Shown here: piece by piece, positions 27,351 through 39,800 of the stretch
Layout of the letters: every line of letters starts with the position of its first letter
Numbering within the stretch: position 1 is the first letter of the stretch
DNA from: Octopus vulgaris
Taxonomy: Eukaryota
Direction: 5' to 3'
DNA: 64,000 nt
Assembly: GCA_951406725.2 (NCBI GenBank)
Contig: OX597827.1
Span: 10,912,001-10,976,000, forward strand
The notes under the pieces: generated by a model
Told to the model about the DNA's origin: nothing
The model's input: the letters and a program-made list of their open reading frames with translations, nothing else
Database searches by the model: none
Program-made: the position numbers and the translations under genes

Positions 27351-28329
27351 TAATAACAAGAACTATCATGAAGATGATGATGATGATGATGATGATGATC
27401 TTGATAACATTGGCCACAATGATGATGGGGATGATAGCAATGATACCAATAATAAAAATGATAATAATAACAACAAAAACAACAACATTTATAGAATAAT
27501 AATAATAAATGCCTCCCTCTATGACAATGAAGATAGTAATGATGATGGTGATAGTGATGATGGTGATGATGGTAATGATGATGGTGGTGATGATAATGAT
27601 GATGACAATGATGATGACAATGATGACGACAATGATGACGGTGATGTTATTGTTTAAACCTGGGTCAACCTTGATCAAGCAGACCTATGATTAACGGCAA
27701 TCCTGCCATGGCAATCCTGAATTATTTTACTTGTTTTTTTTGTTTTTTTTTAATATTACAGAAGCTATATCTAGGACTCTATCATCTAATCCCCCGCACC
27801 TTTCCGCCTGTCTTGAAAAGACAGTAGGGCTCGATTTTTTGAGGGAGATTCCACCACTGTTTCTGGGATGTGGATCAATCACATACAGGCACAAAAATGC
27901 TTGGTACATTGATGATTGAGGTAATGATACTGATGATGATGTCGCTGATGCTGGGGATAATGATGGCAATGGTGGTGGCGGCGGTGGTGGTGGTGATGGC
28001 AGTATTGTTATTGTTGGTGGTGGTGGTGGGGGTTGTTGTGCCTATAGTGGTTAGAATAGGGTAGTAGCAGCATAGGTAACGGTAGAGCGCTAGAACAGTA
28101 GAGCAGTGGAGCGGAATCATGTGAAATGTGTCACTATAATCCAGAAGACAAAAACTGTGTCAACCAGCCAATATATTCAGTACATTGCATACATTCAGGA
28201 TAAAATATTTGATACATCTTTATCCCTGACTATGTACATATTTTATATTACAGGTATAAACACACAAAGGAATATCCCTCACATACATACATAGATACAT
28301 ACATAAATACATACATACATACATACACA

Positions 28330-28406
28330 TGCACACACATACCTTCTCTCGCTCTTTCTCTCTCTCTCTCTCTTTCTCATATGCTATTTCTTATTATGTC
28401 TCCATT

Positions 28407-28480
<74 letters not shown>

Positions 28481-28538
28481 TATATACATATATACATACA
28501 TATATATATTGATTTACCTATCTATCTGTTTATCCATC

Positions 28539-28569
<31 letters not shown>

Positions 28570-28570
28570 G

Positions 28571-28601
<31 letters not shown>

Positions 28602-28781
28602 CTCTTTCTATCTATCTATCTTCTGTCTTATCTACCTATCCATCTATCTAACTTAGACCTACAGATCCATCTATATATCAGTCCCCTTACCTGTCTATTT
28701 ATCTGTCTGTCTATTTAGCTTCTTGTCTGCCTGTTTGTCAGTCTGTTGGTCTCTCTGTCTATCTAAATATCGGCTTACCTG

Positions 28782-28838
<57 letters not shown>

Positions 28839-28915
28839 ATATATATATATATATATATCCATCTATCTGTCTATGTATGTATGAATGTATGTATGTATGT
28901 ATGTATGTATGTATG

Positions 28916-28965
<50 letters not shown>

Positions 28966-28986
28966 CCTATCTGTCTGTCTATCTAC

Positions 28987-29049
<63 letters not shown>

Positions 29050-29291
29050 CCTATCTATCCATCCCTCCATCTTTTTTTGGTATCTAGCAATGAAAACAGT
29101 CCCCTCCCACTTTCCATCTCATTTCTTCATATCTTTGCAATCATTATCACAAATAAGCTAAACTAGTTAGAAAATATGGCTTCAAGGATTGGCAAATGAA
29201 CGTCTTAATTGTAAAGAAATTCTCCATTTTCAATTGGAGACAATTTTATTTATTTGTACATGTATATATATATATCTACATATAGACATAA

Positions 29292-29340
<49 letters not shown>

Positions 29341-29484
29341 CGTATATATACATATATATATATATATATGTATATATACGTATATAAATATATATATATA
29401 TATATAGGTATGATATATAAAAATATATATAGTGCATATATATATGTGTGTGTATATATATAGATATATATACATATATATACT

Positions 29485-29530
<46 letters not shown>

Positions 29531-29630
29531 TATATACGTACATACACACACATGCATACATACATATATATATATATTTATATATATGTATGTATGTATG
29601 TATATATGTACGCATATATGTATATATCTG
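28330..29630. repeat. (CT)n/(TA)n/(ATCT)n/(TATG)n microsatellite field
   Basis: Directly visible. Confidence 0.95.
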
Positions 29631-29909
29631 TATAATATAATCAATCTAAACAGAAAAAGGATAATAAAATAACACCCCCTAAAAAAGACAAAAACAAAAT
29701 AAAACAACCCTGCCCTACCAACTACCCTCCCCTTCCTCCTCTCCCCCCGAAAAAATATCATGATTTCCTGTAACATCAATGGAAGCTATTGTCAAAGAAA
29801 TTTCAGATATTATCATGTTCGGAATTTTAAGAATTTTCAATTTCTGCGAAAACCAGAGACACACAGAGAGGGAAGGAGAGAGAAAGACAGAAAGAAGATG
29901 AGAGAGAGA

Positions 29910-29950
<41 letters not shown>

Positions 29951-30296
29951 AGCAGAAAAAAAAAAAAATAATAATAAAGCGTAAAGAACAGAAAAGTGGA
30001 AAAAAAACAGAAAGAAAAGAATAAGCTATCTTTAATTTAATAATATGAGATGCAAAACTCCAGCTAATGTCTTGACTACTTATGTTTTTAAGAAAACTCA
30101 TTGAGCTCAGGGTTATCAATTCATCATTGCTTAAACCGTGCTGGAATTGTGAGTTTAGCGACTGAACACAGCATTAAAAGAAAAAAATCATCTATTGGTT
30201 ATGTTTGGTGTATAATAGTTGGTACTGAATTTTCTTGGAAGAATATATATAAAAAAAAAAATATTTTTTACTTAATAATTTACTGGATCATATTAT

Positions 30297-30655
30297 ATCA
30301 TCATCATCATCGTTTAACGTCTGCTTTCCATGCTAGCATGGGTTGGACGATTTGACTGAGGGCTGGCGAACCAGATGGCTGCACCAATCTCCAATCTGAT
30401 CTGGCAGAGTTTCTACAGCTGGATGCCCTTCCTAACGCCAACCACTCCGAGAGTGTAGTGGGTTCTTTTACATGCCACCGGCATGAGGGCCAGCCAGGCG
30501 GTACTGGCAGTGGCCATGCTCAATGGTGCTTTTTATGTGCCTCCTGCACAGGAGACCGTCCGGCGGCACTGGCAACGACATCGTTCGAATGGTGCTTTTC
30601 CATGTGCTATCGGCATGGAGGCCAGTTAGCCACTCTGGCAATGATCACGCTCGTA
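30297..30655 (-). mobile_element. Family D element
   Basis: Same tail and tandem units as 10512-10875. Confidence 0.85.
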
Positions 30656-30657
30656 TG

Positions 30658-30877
30658 GCAGAATCGATAGCGCGCCGGGCGAAATGCTCAGCGGTATTTC
30701 GTCTGTCGTTACATTCTGAGTTCAAATTCCGCCGAGGTCGACTTTGCTTTTAATCCTTTCAGGGTCGATAAATAAAGTACCAATTTCGCATTGGGGTCGA
30801 TGTAATCGACTTAATCCGTGTGTCTGTCCTTGTTTGTCCTCTCTGTGTTTATCCCCTTGTGGGTAGTAAAGAAATAG
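30658..30877 (+). mobile_element. SINE family C
   Basis: Slightly 5'-truncated copy abutting family D. Confidence 0.9.
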
Positions 30878-30999
30878 GTACTCTTAGTGCTCCATAAGCA
30901 CAGATGCCAGGTCTTTGCAAGCAATCTCTCTATCTGTTGATCTATCAATCTACCTATTTGTTTGTCTGTCTGTCAGTCTATCTATCTATCTATCTGTCT

Positions 31000-31250
31000 C
31001 ATCATCATCATCATCATCATTTAACGTCTGTTTTCCATGCTGGCATGGGGTGGATGGTTTTAGAGGAGCTGGCCAACTGAAGAGCTGCCCAGGCAGCATG
31101 TCCCTTTTGGCATGGTTTATATAGGTGGATGCCCTTCCTCATGCCAAACACTTTACAGAATGCACTGGGTGGTGTTATGCAGCACAGGCATGGGTGGATT
31201 TTTGTGGTGCCAGTATGGGTGCTTTTTATGTGACACCACCACCCACGAAC
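31000..31250 (-). mobile_element. Older family D element
   Basis: (CAT)n TTTAACGTCTGTTTTCCATGCTGGCATGGG...GGATGCCCTTCCT. Confidence 0.75.
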
Positions 31251-31432
31251 CCACAAGATTAGGAATGCTCAGCTGGAGAAGGATGCCCAACTGCCAGGAG
31301 ACTCAGTCCTCTATCATCCCCCTCTGTTGATTGTGGCCTGTTGGATTGTGAGCCCAATGCTTTACTCAGCCATGTGCCTTCACATATACATATATACACA
31401 TATACACACTGAAACTAATGCATATATGTATA

Positions 31433-31482
<50 letters not shown>

Positions 31483-31514
31483 GGTATGTGTATGCATATA
31501 TATTTATACATATA

Positions 31515-31547
<33 letters not shown>

Positions 31548-31555
<8 letters not shown>

Positions 31556-31857
31556 ATCATGTGGCCGACCAGGCCATCAGATGTTGCTACGCATCGCTGG
31601 TCACAATGCGCTTCAGATTGTTTTAGCCTTCAAATGATGCCACCCCGCTGGCTAAACGAGCAGGCCAACAGAAGAAGGAGTGAGAGAAAGTTGTGGTGAA
31701 AGAGTACAGCAGGGATCACCACCACCCCCTGCTGGAGCCTCGTGGAGCTTTAGGTGTTTTCACTCAATAAACACTCACAGCGCCCGATCTGTGAATCAAA
31801 AAACCGCGATCCTGCGACCGCGAGTCCGCTGCCCTAACCACTGGGCCATTGCGCCGC

Positions 31858-31860
<3 letters not shown>
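31548..31860 (-). mobile_element. SINE family A (tail type 3, ends in CACGTGAT units)
   Basis: Family A head; tail matches 47504-47811. Confidence 0.9.
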
Positions 31861-31896
<36 letters not shown>

Positions 31897-32470
31897 GTAT
31901 ATATATATGTAGGTACATGAAGGACGGTATATCAAGAAGTTTGCTTCCTATGCACATGGTTTCTAGGTTCAATTCTCCTGTGTGGAACCTTGCGCATATG
32001 TCTTATACTATATCATGGGGTAGCCCAATGCCTCATGAATGGATTTGCTTTGTAGGAACTGAAAGCCCTTTGATTATACATATATGTGTGTATGTGTGTG
32101 TATGTATAAATATATTTGTGTGTGTGTATGTGTGTGCATGTGTGTGTACGTATATATATCCCGCCATAGGAACCAAGCTCAGAATTATATGTGCAATAAG
32201 GACATGGTCTTTCCACCCATCCAGGTTGCCAACACTTCTGAATAAGCAGTGATAGTAACTGGGATCATGACAACCAGTCCAACAAATATACCACCACTAA
32301 ATGTGAATTTACATTGATGAGATACATGCAGACACATGCAGGCACACACATGTAAACATTTACTCATGTACATGTTCACATTGTAGGGGGAGTTAGAAGG
32401 AAAATCTGCGCCTATAACATTTGTAAGACATACCATTAATGAGGTGGTAGCAAAAGGTTCTCATTCTATA

Positions 32471-32636
32471 GGCGCAGGAGTGGCTGTGTGGTAAGTAGCT
32501 TGCTTATCAACCACATGGTTCCGGGTTCAGTCCCACTGTGTGGCACCTTGGGCAAGTGTCTTCTACTATATCCTCAGGCTGACCAAAGCCTTGTCAGTGG
32601 ATTTGGTAGACGGAAACTGAAAAGAAGCCCGTCGTA

Positions 32637-32684
<48 letters not shown>

Positions 32685-32915
32685 TGTGTGTGTTTGTGTG
32701 TCTGTGTTTGTCCCCCTAGCATTGCTTGACAACTGATGCTGGTGTGTTTATGTCCCCGTTACTTAGCAGTTCGGCAAAAGAGACCAATAGAATAAGTACT
32801 GGGCTTACAAAAGAATAAGTCCCGGGGTCGAGTTGCTTGATTAAAGGTGGTGCTCCAGCATGGCCGCAGTCAAATGACTGAAACAAGTAAAAGAGTAAAA
32901 GAGTAAAGAGTAAGA
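32471..32915 (+). mobile_element. SINE family B (a 75-bp internal piece is repeated at about 32968-33045)
   Basis: Full-length copy. Confidence 0.92.
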
Positions 32916-33293
32916 GAGAGAGTTATATTTTCATCAGTCAAGAGACCAGGTACTTATATTCTCATCACTGTGTGTTTGTATGTCTGTGTTTGTCCCCCTA
33001 GCATTGCTTGACAACTGATGCTGGTGTGTTTATGTCCCCTGTCACTAATCCTCTCTAATTTATTAATATGAAACCCAGCCCCCACTGACTACATTGTCTC
33101 AGTAGCAGCAAAGCTGATGGCAGTCCACTCTGGGTAACGCATTTATTATCAGGAGGTGGGCAATTTTAGATTTGCTTTATAAACCTGTATAAGCTTGGTT
33201 GCCCTGGTGGAGAGCAGCAAACTCAAGGTCAGTCTCGGGCAGCACACACTGAAGTTATGACACTGCTTTGTCTGCTGGCTGGTAGAGAACAGT

Positions 33294-33678
33294 GGAAGCA
33301 CTCCGTCGGTTACGACAACGAGGGTTCCAGTTGATCCGAATCAATGCAACAGCCTGCTCGTGAAATTAACGTGTAAGTGGCTGAGCACTCCACAGACACG
33401 TGTACCCTTAACGTAGTTCTCGGGGATATTCAGCATGACACAGAGAGTGACAAGGCTGGCCTTGTGAAGTACAGGTACAACAGAAACAGGAAGTAAGAGT
33501 GAGAGAAAGTTGCGGTGAAAGAGTACAGCAGGGATCGCCACCATCCCCTGCCGGAGCCTCGTGGAGCTTTTAGGTGTTTTCGCTCAATAAACACTCACAA
33601 CGCCCGGTCTGGGAATCGAAACCGCGATCCTATGACCGCGAGTCCGCTGCCCTAACCACTGGGCCATTGTGCCTCCAC
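33294..33678 (-). mobile_element. SINE family A (tail type 2)
   Basis: 11-bp TSD TAGAGAACAGT at 33283-33293 and 33679-33689; matches the 41577 and 60618 copies. Confidence 0.92.
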
Positions 33679-33763
33679 TAGAGAACAGTAGTACCTGACA
33701 TTCAAGATACCAGATGCCCAATACTGGCCCTTGCTTGACCCATGGCTATAACTCTGTCTAAGA

Positions 33764-33905
33764 CAGTGGTTCTCAACAAGGTTTCCCATGGCCCTTGAGG
33801 AGTCCACATAAGATTTTATTGTTAAAACTTATCCGCAATAAATTGGTTGTACAATACACAAGAATATACAAAATATTTTAGCAATTTTTTTTATACAATT
33901 CCTAA
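33764..33905. mobile_element. One end of a hAT-type MITE
   Basis: Begins CAGTGGTTCTCAAC; the other TIR was not found. Confidence 0.5.
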
Positions 33906-34119
33906 CAAGTGCAGGTATGACTGTATGGTAAAGGTGGTGAGCTGGCAGAAACATTAGCATGCTGGTCGAAATGCTTAGCAGTATTTCCACTCACAAAGCT
34001 TTGGTCGGCCGAAGGTTATAGTAGAAAACACTTGCCCAAGGTGCCACGCAGTGGGACTGAACTCGGAACCATGTGGTTGGTAAGCAAGCTACTTACCACA
34101 CAGCCATTCCTATCCCTGT

Positions 34120-34455
34120 CTGGCTTCCGTGCCGGTGGCACATAAAAAGCACCATCCGATCGTGGCCGTTTGCCAGCCTCGCCTGGCCTCTGTGCCAGTG
34201 GCACGTAAAAAGCACCATCCGACCGTGGCCGTTTGCCAGCCTCGTCTGGCACCTGTGCCAGTGGCACGTAAAAAGCACCCACTACACTCATGGAGTGGTT
34301 GGCATTAGGAAGGGCATCCAGCCATAGAAACATTGCCAGATCAGACTGGAGCCTGGTGCAGCCTTCTGGCTTCCCAGACCCCAGTTGCACCGTCCAACCC
34401 ATGCCAGCATGGAAAGCGGACGCTAAATGATGATGATGATGATGATGATGATGAT
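34120..34455 (+). mobile_element. Family D element (three tandem units), head-to-head with a family B head at 33987-34110
   Basis: GTGCCRGTGGCACRTAAAAAGCACC x3, then the family D tail and (GAT)n. Confidence 0.85.
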
Positions 34456-35100
34456 GGGGGGGGAGAGAGAAAGATATGGGTATGAAGATGAATATGCAGT
34501 AGTTATGCATGTGATGTTTATACGAATCATATAAATGTTGACTTTTGGTTCGATAAAGAATAAAAAAGGCAGCATATAAAGGTATATATTAGTTGTAAAA
34601 TATTTGCTATTTAATATATTACCTGCTTCCCTATTAACTATTTTTTGAGACAGATTTTGTAAAATTTAACTTCAACAACTCCACTGCCTCAGTTTTTACC
34701 ACATTGAACCCTATTCGATGTCATTCAATTTGTGCAAATTTATTAATATTAACTCTGCTAGCCCTCACATATTTAGCCCATACTTTCCCAACTCTGCTAT
34801 TTCTTTTTTTATTGACTCAAATTCAAGTATCTCATTTAATTAGTGCAAATTCGTTGAGCCTAAACTCCATTAATGTTAACTCTGTTATACCTAATGTGTT
34901 TAGCTCATTCTCTTCAAAACCATCGTGTGTCATCCACATATATCTTGTTTTCCTAAACTATTGGCAATTGAATTTCACTACCAATTTAGATTAACTAGCT
35001 GTCTCCAATTTTGTTTTTGTTTATTCTCCCTTTGCCTCGTCAACAGTCAGAATACATCAGTTCATCAAAATATCATCTGTATTTCTCTGAAGTGAAACCA

Positions 35101-35310
35101 TCTCTCTCTCTTTCGGAGAGGCACTGAGCAGCTATACGCACACATACACACACGGCAGTAACTTCCACCTACCGAATTCAATCACAAAGCTCCGGTCGGC
35201 TCAGGGCTATAGCGGAAGACACCTACCCAAAGTGCCACGCAGTGGGACTGAACCCGAAACCATGTAGCTAGGAAGCAAGCTCCCTAATCACATATATAAA
35301 AAATGAGAAT
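35101..35310 (-). mobile_element. Variant family B-head SINE (B') with short hairpin/(AG)n tail
   Basis: Shares diagnostic substitutions and tail with 58315-58521. Confidence 0.8.
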
Positions 35311-36209
35311 CAGCAAATTTAGACACCACCCCCAGACACACAGACACACACACACACTTCTGTCTCTTGAATCGCTGTAAATATTTATCAAACACTAAAC
35401 TAAGCAGATGAGCTTCTAAGTATAAGGTTTGCTTTGATAAAGCTACATCATCTGGAAACCTGCTCCTCTATGTAATAAGACCCTACTCTTGTGAAATTTG
35501 GCAAAAGCAATGATGCTGCACTCAAGATTAGCAAGGCATTTGACAATATCTGGCATTTGAACCATTTGGCAAAATCTCTCATCTTTTGGATTAGGGGTTT
35601 CCTGTCAAATCACACTAACATAGATTGTTCATATGGATCCCTTTTACAGTTACATTCATTTAAATCCTGCATGATCGAAGGTCTTCCCCTTCACCAAATG
35701 TCCTCCTTCAAATGCCTCAAAACATTGCAATAGAAGTCTCAATTGATGGTCTGGCCCTGGGGCATGAATTCTTATTTCTTTATTGCCCACAAGGGGCTAA
35801 ACATAGAGGGGACAAACAAGGACAGACAAAGGGATTAAGTCAATTACATCAATCCTAGTGCGTAACTGGTACTTAATAAACATAGAGGGGACAAACAAGG
35901 TCTTCCCCTCAAACACATGCATGCACACACATACACACACAAATGCTCCTTTATATTAATAACCTACTTGTCTTTGTTCTAACTAATTTTCACTCCTATT
36001 CACATTTTTCATTCGGGTTCCATGCCTAAATACCACCTGTGTACACCCTGGACATCTCGCATCAAATCTGTCTTAACTCAATAAACACAGACCTCACAAC
36101 ATCGTCCAATGTTGTCCTGCTATAATTTTGTTTCCTTTGACAGTACAAAAATCATATCAAGAAAGCATTATTGCACTTTCAACCTCTAAAAATGACTAGC
36201 ACACAGCTA

Positions 36210-36580
36210 AAACTCCTTTTCAAACTCCACCCGTTTAACACCCGTGGACATATTTACAAAGTCAGAAAACAGCACAGCTCCCATGACTTTAGGAAACATT
36301 TTTTCACGCTGAGAATTGCTGAAGCATGGAACAAACTGCCGGCATCAGTTGTTAGTTGTCAGAGCACTGCATCCTTCAAAACTTCCATGCTTCCTGAGAT
36401 TCGCCAACACTACACCTGATTTTCTCCCTCCATACACACACAAGCATGTATCTGACTCATACATTGTTCGCTTTCCAGACATTTGTACATTACAGCATAT
36501 ACTTTATACGCACTTTTTGACAAGTTGTGGTGCACCTGAGCACTGTATACAATAATTTCATTATTATTATTATTATTATT
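36210..36580 (+). mobile_element. CR1-group LINE 3' end with (ATT)n tail
   Basis: LFKLHPFNTRGHIYKVRKQHSSHDFRKHFFTLRIAEAWNKLPASVV; same family as 61290-61894. Confidence 0.9.
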
Positions 36581-36594
36581 ATTTATTTATTTAT

Positions 36595-36794
36595 TTTTTT
36601 CTCTTTCAAATTTGCTTCCATTTCTTGCCGAGTGTGTTCCCGACTCCTAGGGCAAAGAAACTCATAGTATACATTGGTAGGCCATTAAACTAAACTCAAT
36701 AGTTCGTTCATTTTTTAAATTTTTTTTAAAGTTAAATTAAAATACATGGGTAGTAATAGTTCTCACAGTGACAATGCTCTTCTCAATACGTGTG

Positions 36795-36797
<3 letters not shown>
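36595..36797 (-). mobile_element. Dong/R4-like extreme 3' end embedded in (TAA)n
   Basis: Minus strand SHVLRRALSL* plus UTR, with (ATT)n on both sides; compare TAHILRRTLSIQ* at 62 kb. Confidence 0.6.
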
Positions 36798-36831
<34 letters not shown>

Positions 36832-37350
36832 AAAATCCTTAATGGTCACTATAGAATCATAAACATTACCATTACCAAGGATTTCTCTTTGTAAATGTAC
36901 ATTCTCAGTAAAGTGGCTGACTTCCTTCTCAAAAGTCACAAAATACTTTAGCCACAGCCACTACAATGCTTAGGTGAGACACACAACAGGTACTGTTCCC
37001 ACATCTAGTAGGGTTCTGCTGCTGTAACACATACAGACTTTCTTGACTGCATCCAATAAATGGCCATCTATCTGACTAGTATGATGTTGCACATGAACAT
37101 ACTGGCCAACAGATGCCCAGGCTCTTTCCCTAAATCAGTGCATCAAATATCTAGATGCTCCATGCATTTTCAAAAATGCATTTAGAAAATCCATATTAAT
37201 GTTTGAGCATTTTGAAAAACATTTAATATTTTTTACACATAATGCAAATATGATTAACATGCATGTGTAGCTGTGTAGTTAAGAAGTTTGCTTTGCAATT
37301 GCATAGTTTTAGCTTCCATTCCAATGGTCAAGATTTGGGTGCAGATATAT

Positions 37351-37610
37351 ATCATCATCATCATCATCATCGTTTAACGTCCGTTTTCCACGCTAGCACG
37401 GGTTGGACAGTTCGACCGGGGTGTGGGAAGCCAGGGGCTGCACCAGGCTCCAGTCTGATCTGGCAGTGTTTCTACAGCTGGATGCCCTTCCTAACGCCAA
37501 CCACTCCACGAGTGTAGTGGGTGCTTTTTACGTGCCACCAGCACAGGTGCCAGGGGAGTCTGGCATCGGCCATGATCGGTTGGTGCTTTTAACGTGCCAC
37601 CGGCACGGAC
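37351..37610 (-). mobile_element. Family D element
   Basis: Near-identical to 10512-10780. Confidence 0.88.
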
Positions 37611-37770
37611 AGGAAATCAATATTAGAAAATTCTTTAGAAAGATATATACGTGTGTAAAATAATTGTTGTATTAAAAATATAGATATGTATAAAAATATT
37701 TATAAATATGTATAAGTATAAATATATAATGTATATGACAGTTTAAAAGTTTTGAATTAAGTTTTTAAAG

Positions 37771-37862
37771 CATCTTACGATCGTTTCACAGAAGTGCTGT
37801 CCCTATAATGAATTCCTATATTGATAAGCATTTATAGACAACTCTTCTGCTCTTCAGAGATA
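37771..37862 (-). ncRNA. Type I hammerhead ribozyme (HHR1)
   Basis: Minus strand UAUCU-CUGAAGA-GCAGAAG[long stem II]CUUCUGU-GAAAC-GAUC-GUA^AGAUG; all core nucleotides present, 10.1-11.1 pair is G-U. Confidence 0.8.
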
Positions 37863-37924
37863 TAAAATTTGAATTTATATATATATAAGACAATCTTTCT
37901 GGTGGTGGAAAGTACTCATGACAG

Positions 37925-38300
37925 TTCCACTTAAAAGCACCTGAACAGTAACATGTAAAAGCACCTGTGCAGTGCCATGTAAAAGTGTCTCTGTGGTGCC
38001 ACATAAAAGTGCCTGTATGTAAAAGCATGTAAAAGCGACCAGACGGCATCATGTAGAAGTGACCATGTGGCATCATAATAAATAAAGAAACCCATGTGGT
38101 GCCCCATAGAAGCACCCATGCAGTATCAAATAAAAGCACCCAGCACACTCTGTAAAGTGGTTAGCCCTAGGAAGAGAATCCAGCCATAGAAACCATGCCA
38201 AGCAGACTGAAGTCTGATGCAGCATCCCAGCTTGCCAGCTCTGGTCAAACCATCCAGCAAATGCCAGCATGGACAATGGATGTTAAATGATGATGATGAT
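37925..38300 (+). mobile_element. Older family D element with degenerate ~20-bp tandem array
   Basis: Repeated CATGTAAAAGCACC-like units, then the family D tail and (GAT)n. Confidence 0.75.
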
Positions 38301-38326
38301 AATGATATATGTGTGTTTGTGTATGT

Positions 38327-38397
<71 letters not shown>

Positions 38398-38508
38398 TTA
38401 AGCAAAAATTTAGATTCAAATAAATATGGTACTTAATTTAGATGTACCAGAATTCTGTATGGTGTTATCCATAAAAATCTGTGGGGTGATTATAATCAAA
38501 ATAAGCAA

Positions 38509-38601
38509 CAATTTGGTACGATCGTTTCGTACTACATCATTTTATTAAATGTTGTAAGTATTACAACAGATTTAAGATGCTGAGTACTCATCAGCCAATT
38601 A
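38509..38601 (-). ncRNA. Type I hammerhead ribozyme (HHR2)
   Basis: Minus strand AAUUGG-CUGAUGA-GUACU[long stem II incl. UGUUGUAA/UUACAACA]AGUAC-GAAAC-GAUC-GUA^CCAAAUU; canonical core and G10.1-C11.1 pair. Confidence 0.85.
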
Positions 38602-38717
38602 TAGAGGTTTTCCATTAATATAAAAATTTTCAAATCAAGTGGCAACATTATAGAGAAGGTAGATATACAGACAAAGATGTGGATTTATATATATATATAT
38701 AACAAGAAGACAATGGA

Positions 38718-38824
38718 GGAAAAATAACAAACAGAAGCGTATCTTTTGTACTAGTAAACCATTATTTGATTAGTAAATAAAGGCTTACTAGTGCAAAAGA
38801 TACACTTCTGTTTGTTATTTTTCC
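38718..38824. repeat. Inverted repeat, 50-bp arms, 7-nt loop
   Basis: GGAAAAATAACAAACAGAAGCGTATCTTTTGTACTAGTAA... pairs with ...TTACTAGTGCAAAAGATACACTTCTGTTTGTTATTTTTCC. Confidence 0.92.
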
Positions 38825-38949
38825 GCCCTTTCCCTCTCATCTATATAAATTAAACTACGGTTACCCACTAAATTACCTGCTGCCATATACCTTTTACCAA
38901 GAATATACCTACTGAGGTAATTTTCCAGAAGTATGTATATATGAATATA

Positions 38950-39590
38950 TGTATGTATATATTTGCGTGTCTGTGTTTGTCCCCCACCATCGCTTGATAA
39001 CTGATGCTGGTGTGTTTCCATCCCGATAACTTAGTGGTTTGGCAAAAGAGACAGATAGAATAAGTTCTAGGTTTACAAAAAATATTACAGTTCTATATCT
39101 AAGAGATGAGGAATCATGTACATTATTTACATTATTTACATTCAACAGATATTTGTCCTCATCTTGTTTGTTGTTAACACAACGTTTTGGCTGATATATC
39201 CTCCAGTTCTTAACCACTACGCCATATGCCCGGGCATATGGCTTAGTGGTTAAGAGCGTGGGCTACTAACCCCAAGATTCCAAGTTTGATTCCAAGCAGT
39301 GACTTGAACAATAATAATAATAATAATACTGATAATAATAACATCGAAAAATACCTTAGGAATGAGAACCCAGGTTCGAAATTTCCCCAAGACACCTGAA
39401 GATGGCTGGAGGGTATATCAGCCAAAATGTTGTGTTAACAACCAACAAGATGAGGATAAATATCCGTTGAATGTAAATAATGTAAATAATGTTACAAAGA
39501 ATAAGTTATGGGGTCGATTTGGTTGACGAAAGGCGGTGCTGCAGCATGGCCACAGTCAAATGACTGGAACAAATAAAAGAGTAAAACAGT
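38950..39590 (+). mobile_element. Family B 3' half, interrupted at about 39080-39492
   Basis: Family B sequence stops at ...GGTTTACAAA and resumes at TTACAAAGAATAAG. Confidence 0.8.
39120..39492 (+). mobile_element. Fold-back element: tRNA-like head plus Penelope-type tail with decayed hammerhead, preceded by an inverted partial copy
   Basis: Arms 39120-39206 and 39406-39492 are inverted; central palindrome 39208-39255; A box TGGCTTAGTGG; GACAC-CTGAAGA-T-GGCTG..CAGCC-AAAAT-GTT-GTGTT. Confidence 0.75.
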
Positions 39591-39632
39591 AATATATATA
39601 TAAATACATACATACATATATATATATATATA

Positions 39633-39800
39633 TCATCATCTTCATCATTATCGTTTAACGTCTGTTTTCCATGCTAGCATGGGTTGGACGGTTCGACTGG
39701 GGTCTGGGAAGCCAGGAGGCTGCACCAGGCTCCCGTCTGATCTGGCAGTGTTTCTACAGCTGGATGCCCTTCCTAACACCAACCACTCTTTGAGTGTAGT
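39633..39800 (-). mobile_element. Family D 3' fragment
   Basis: Family D tail. Confidence 0.85.

Larger units (their letters stand above)
35420..37170 (+). pseudogene. Highly decayed LINE reverse transcriptase (CR1/L2/Jockey group), interrupted by younger elements
   Basis: ALKISKAFDNIWH..IFWIRGFLSN at about 35.5-35.6 kb and YCSHI..GSAAVTHTDFLDCIQ at about 37.0 kb. Confidence 0.6.
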
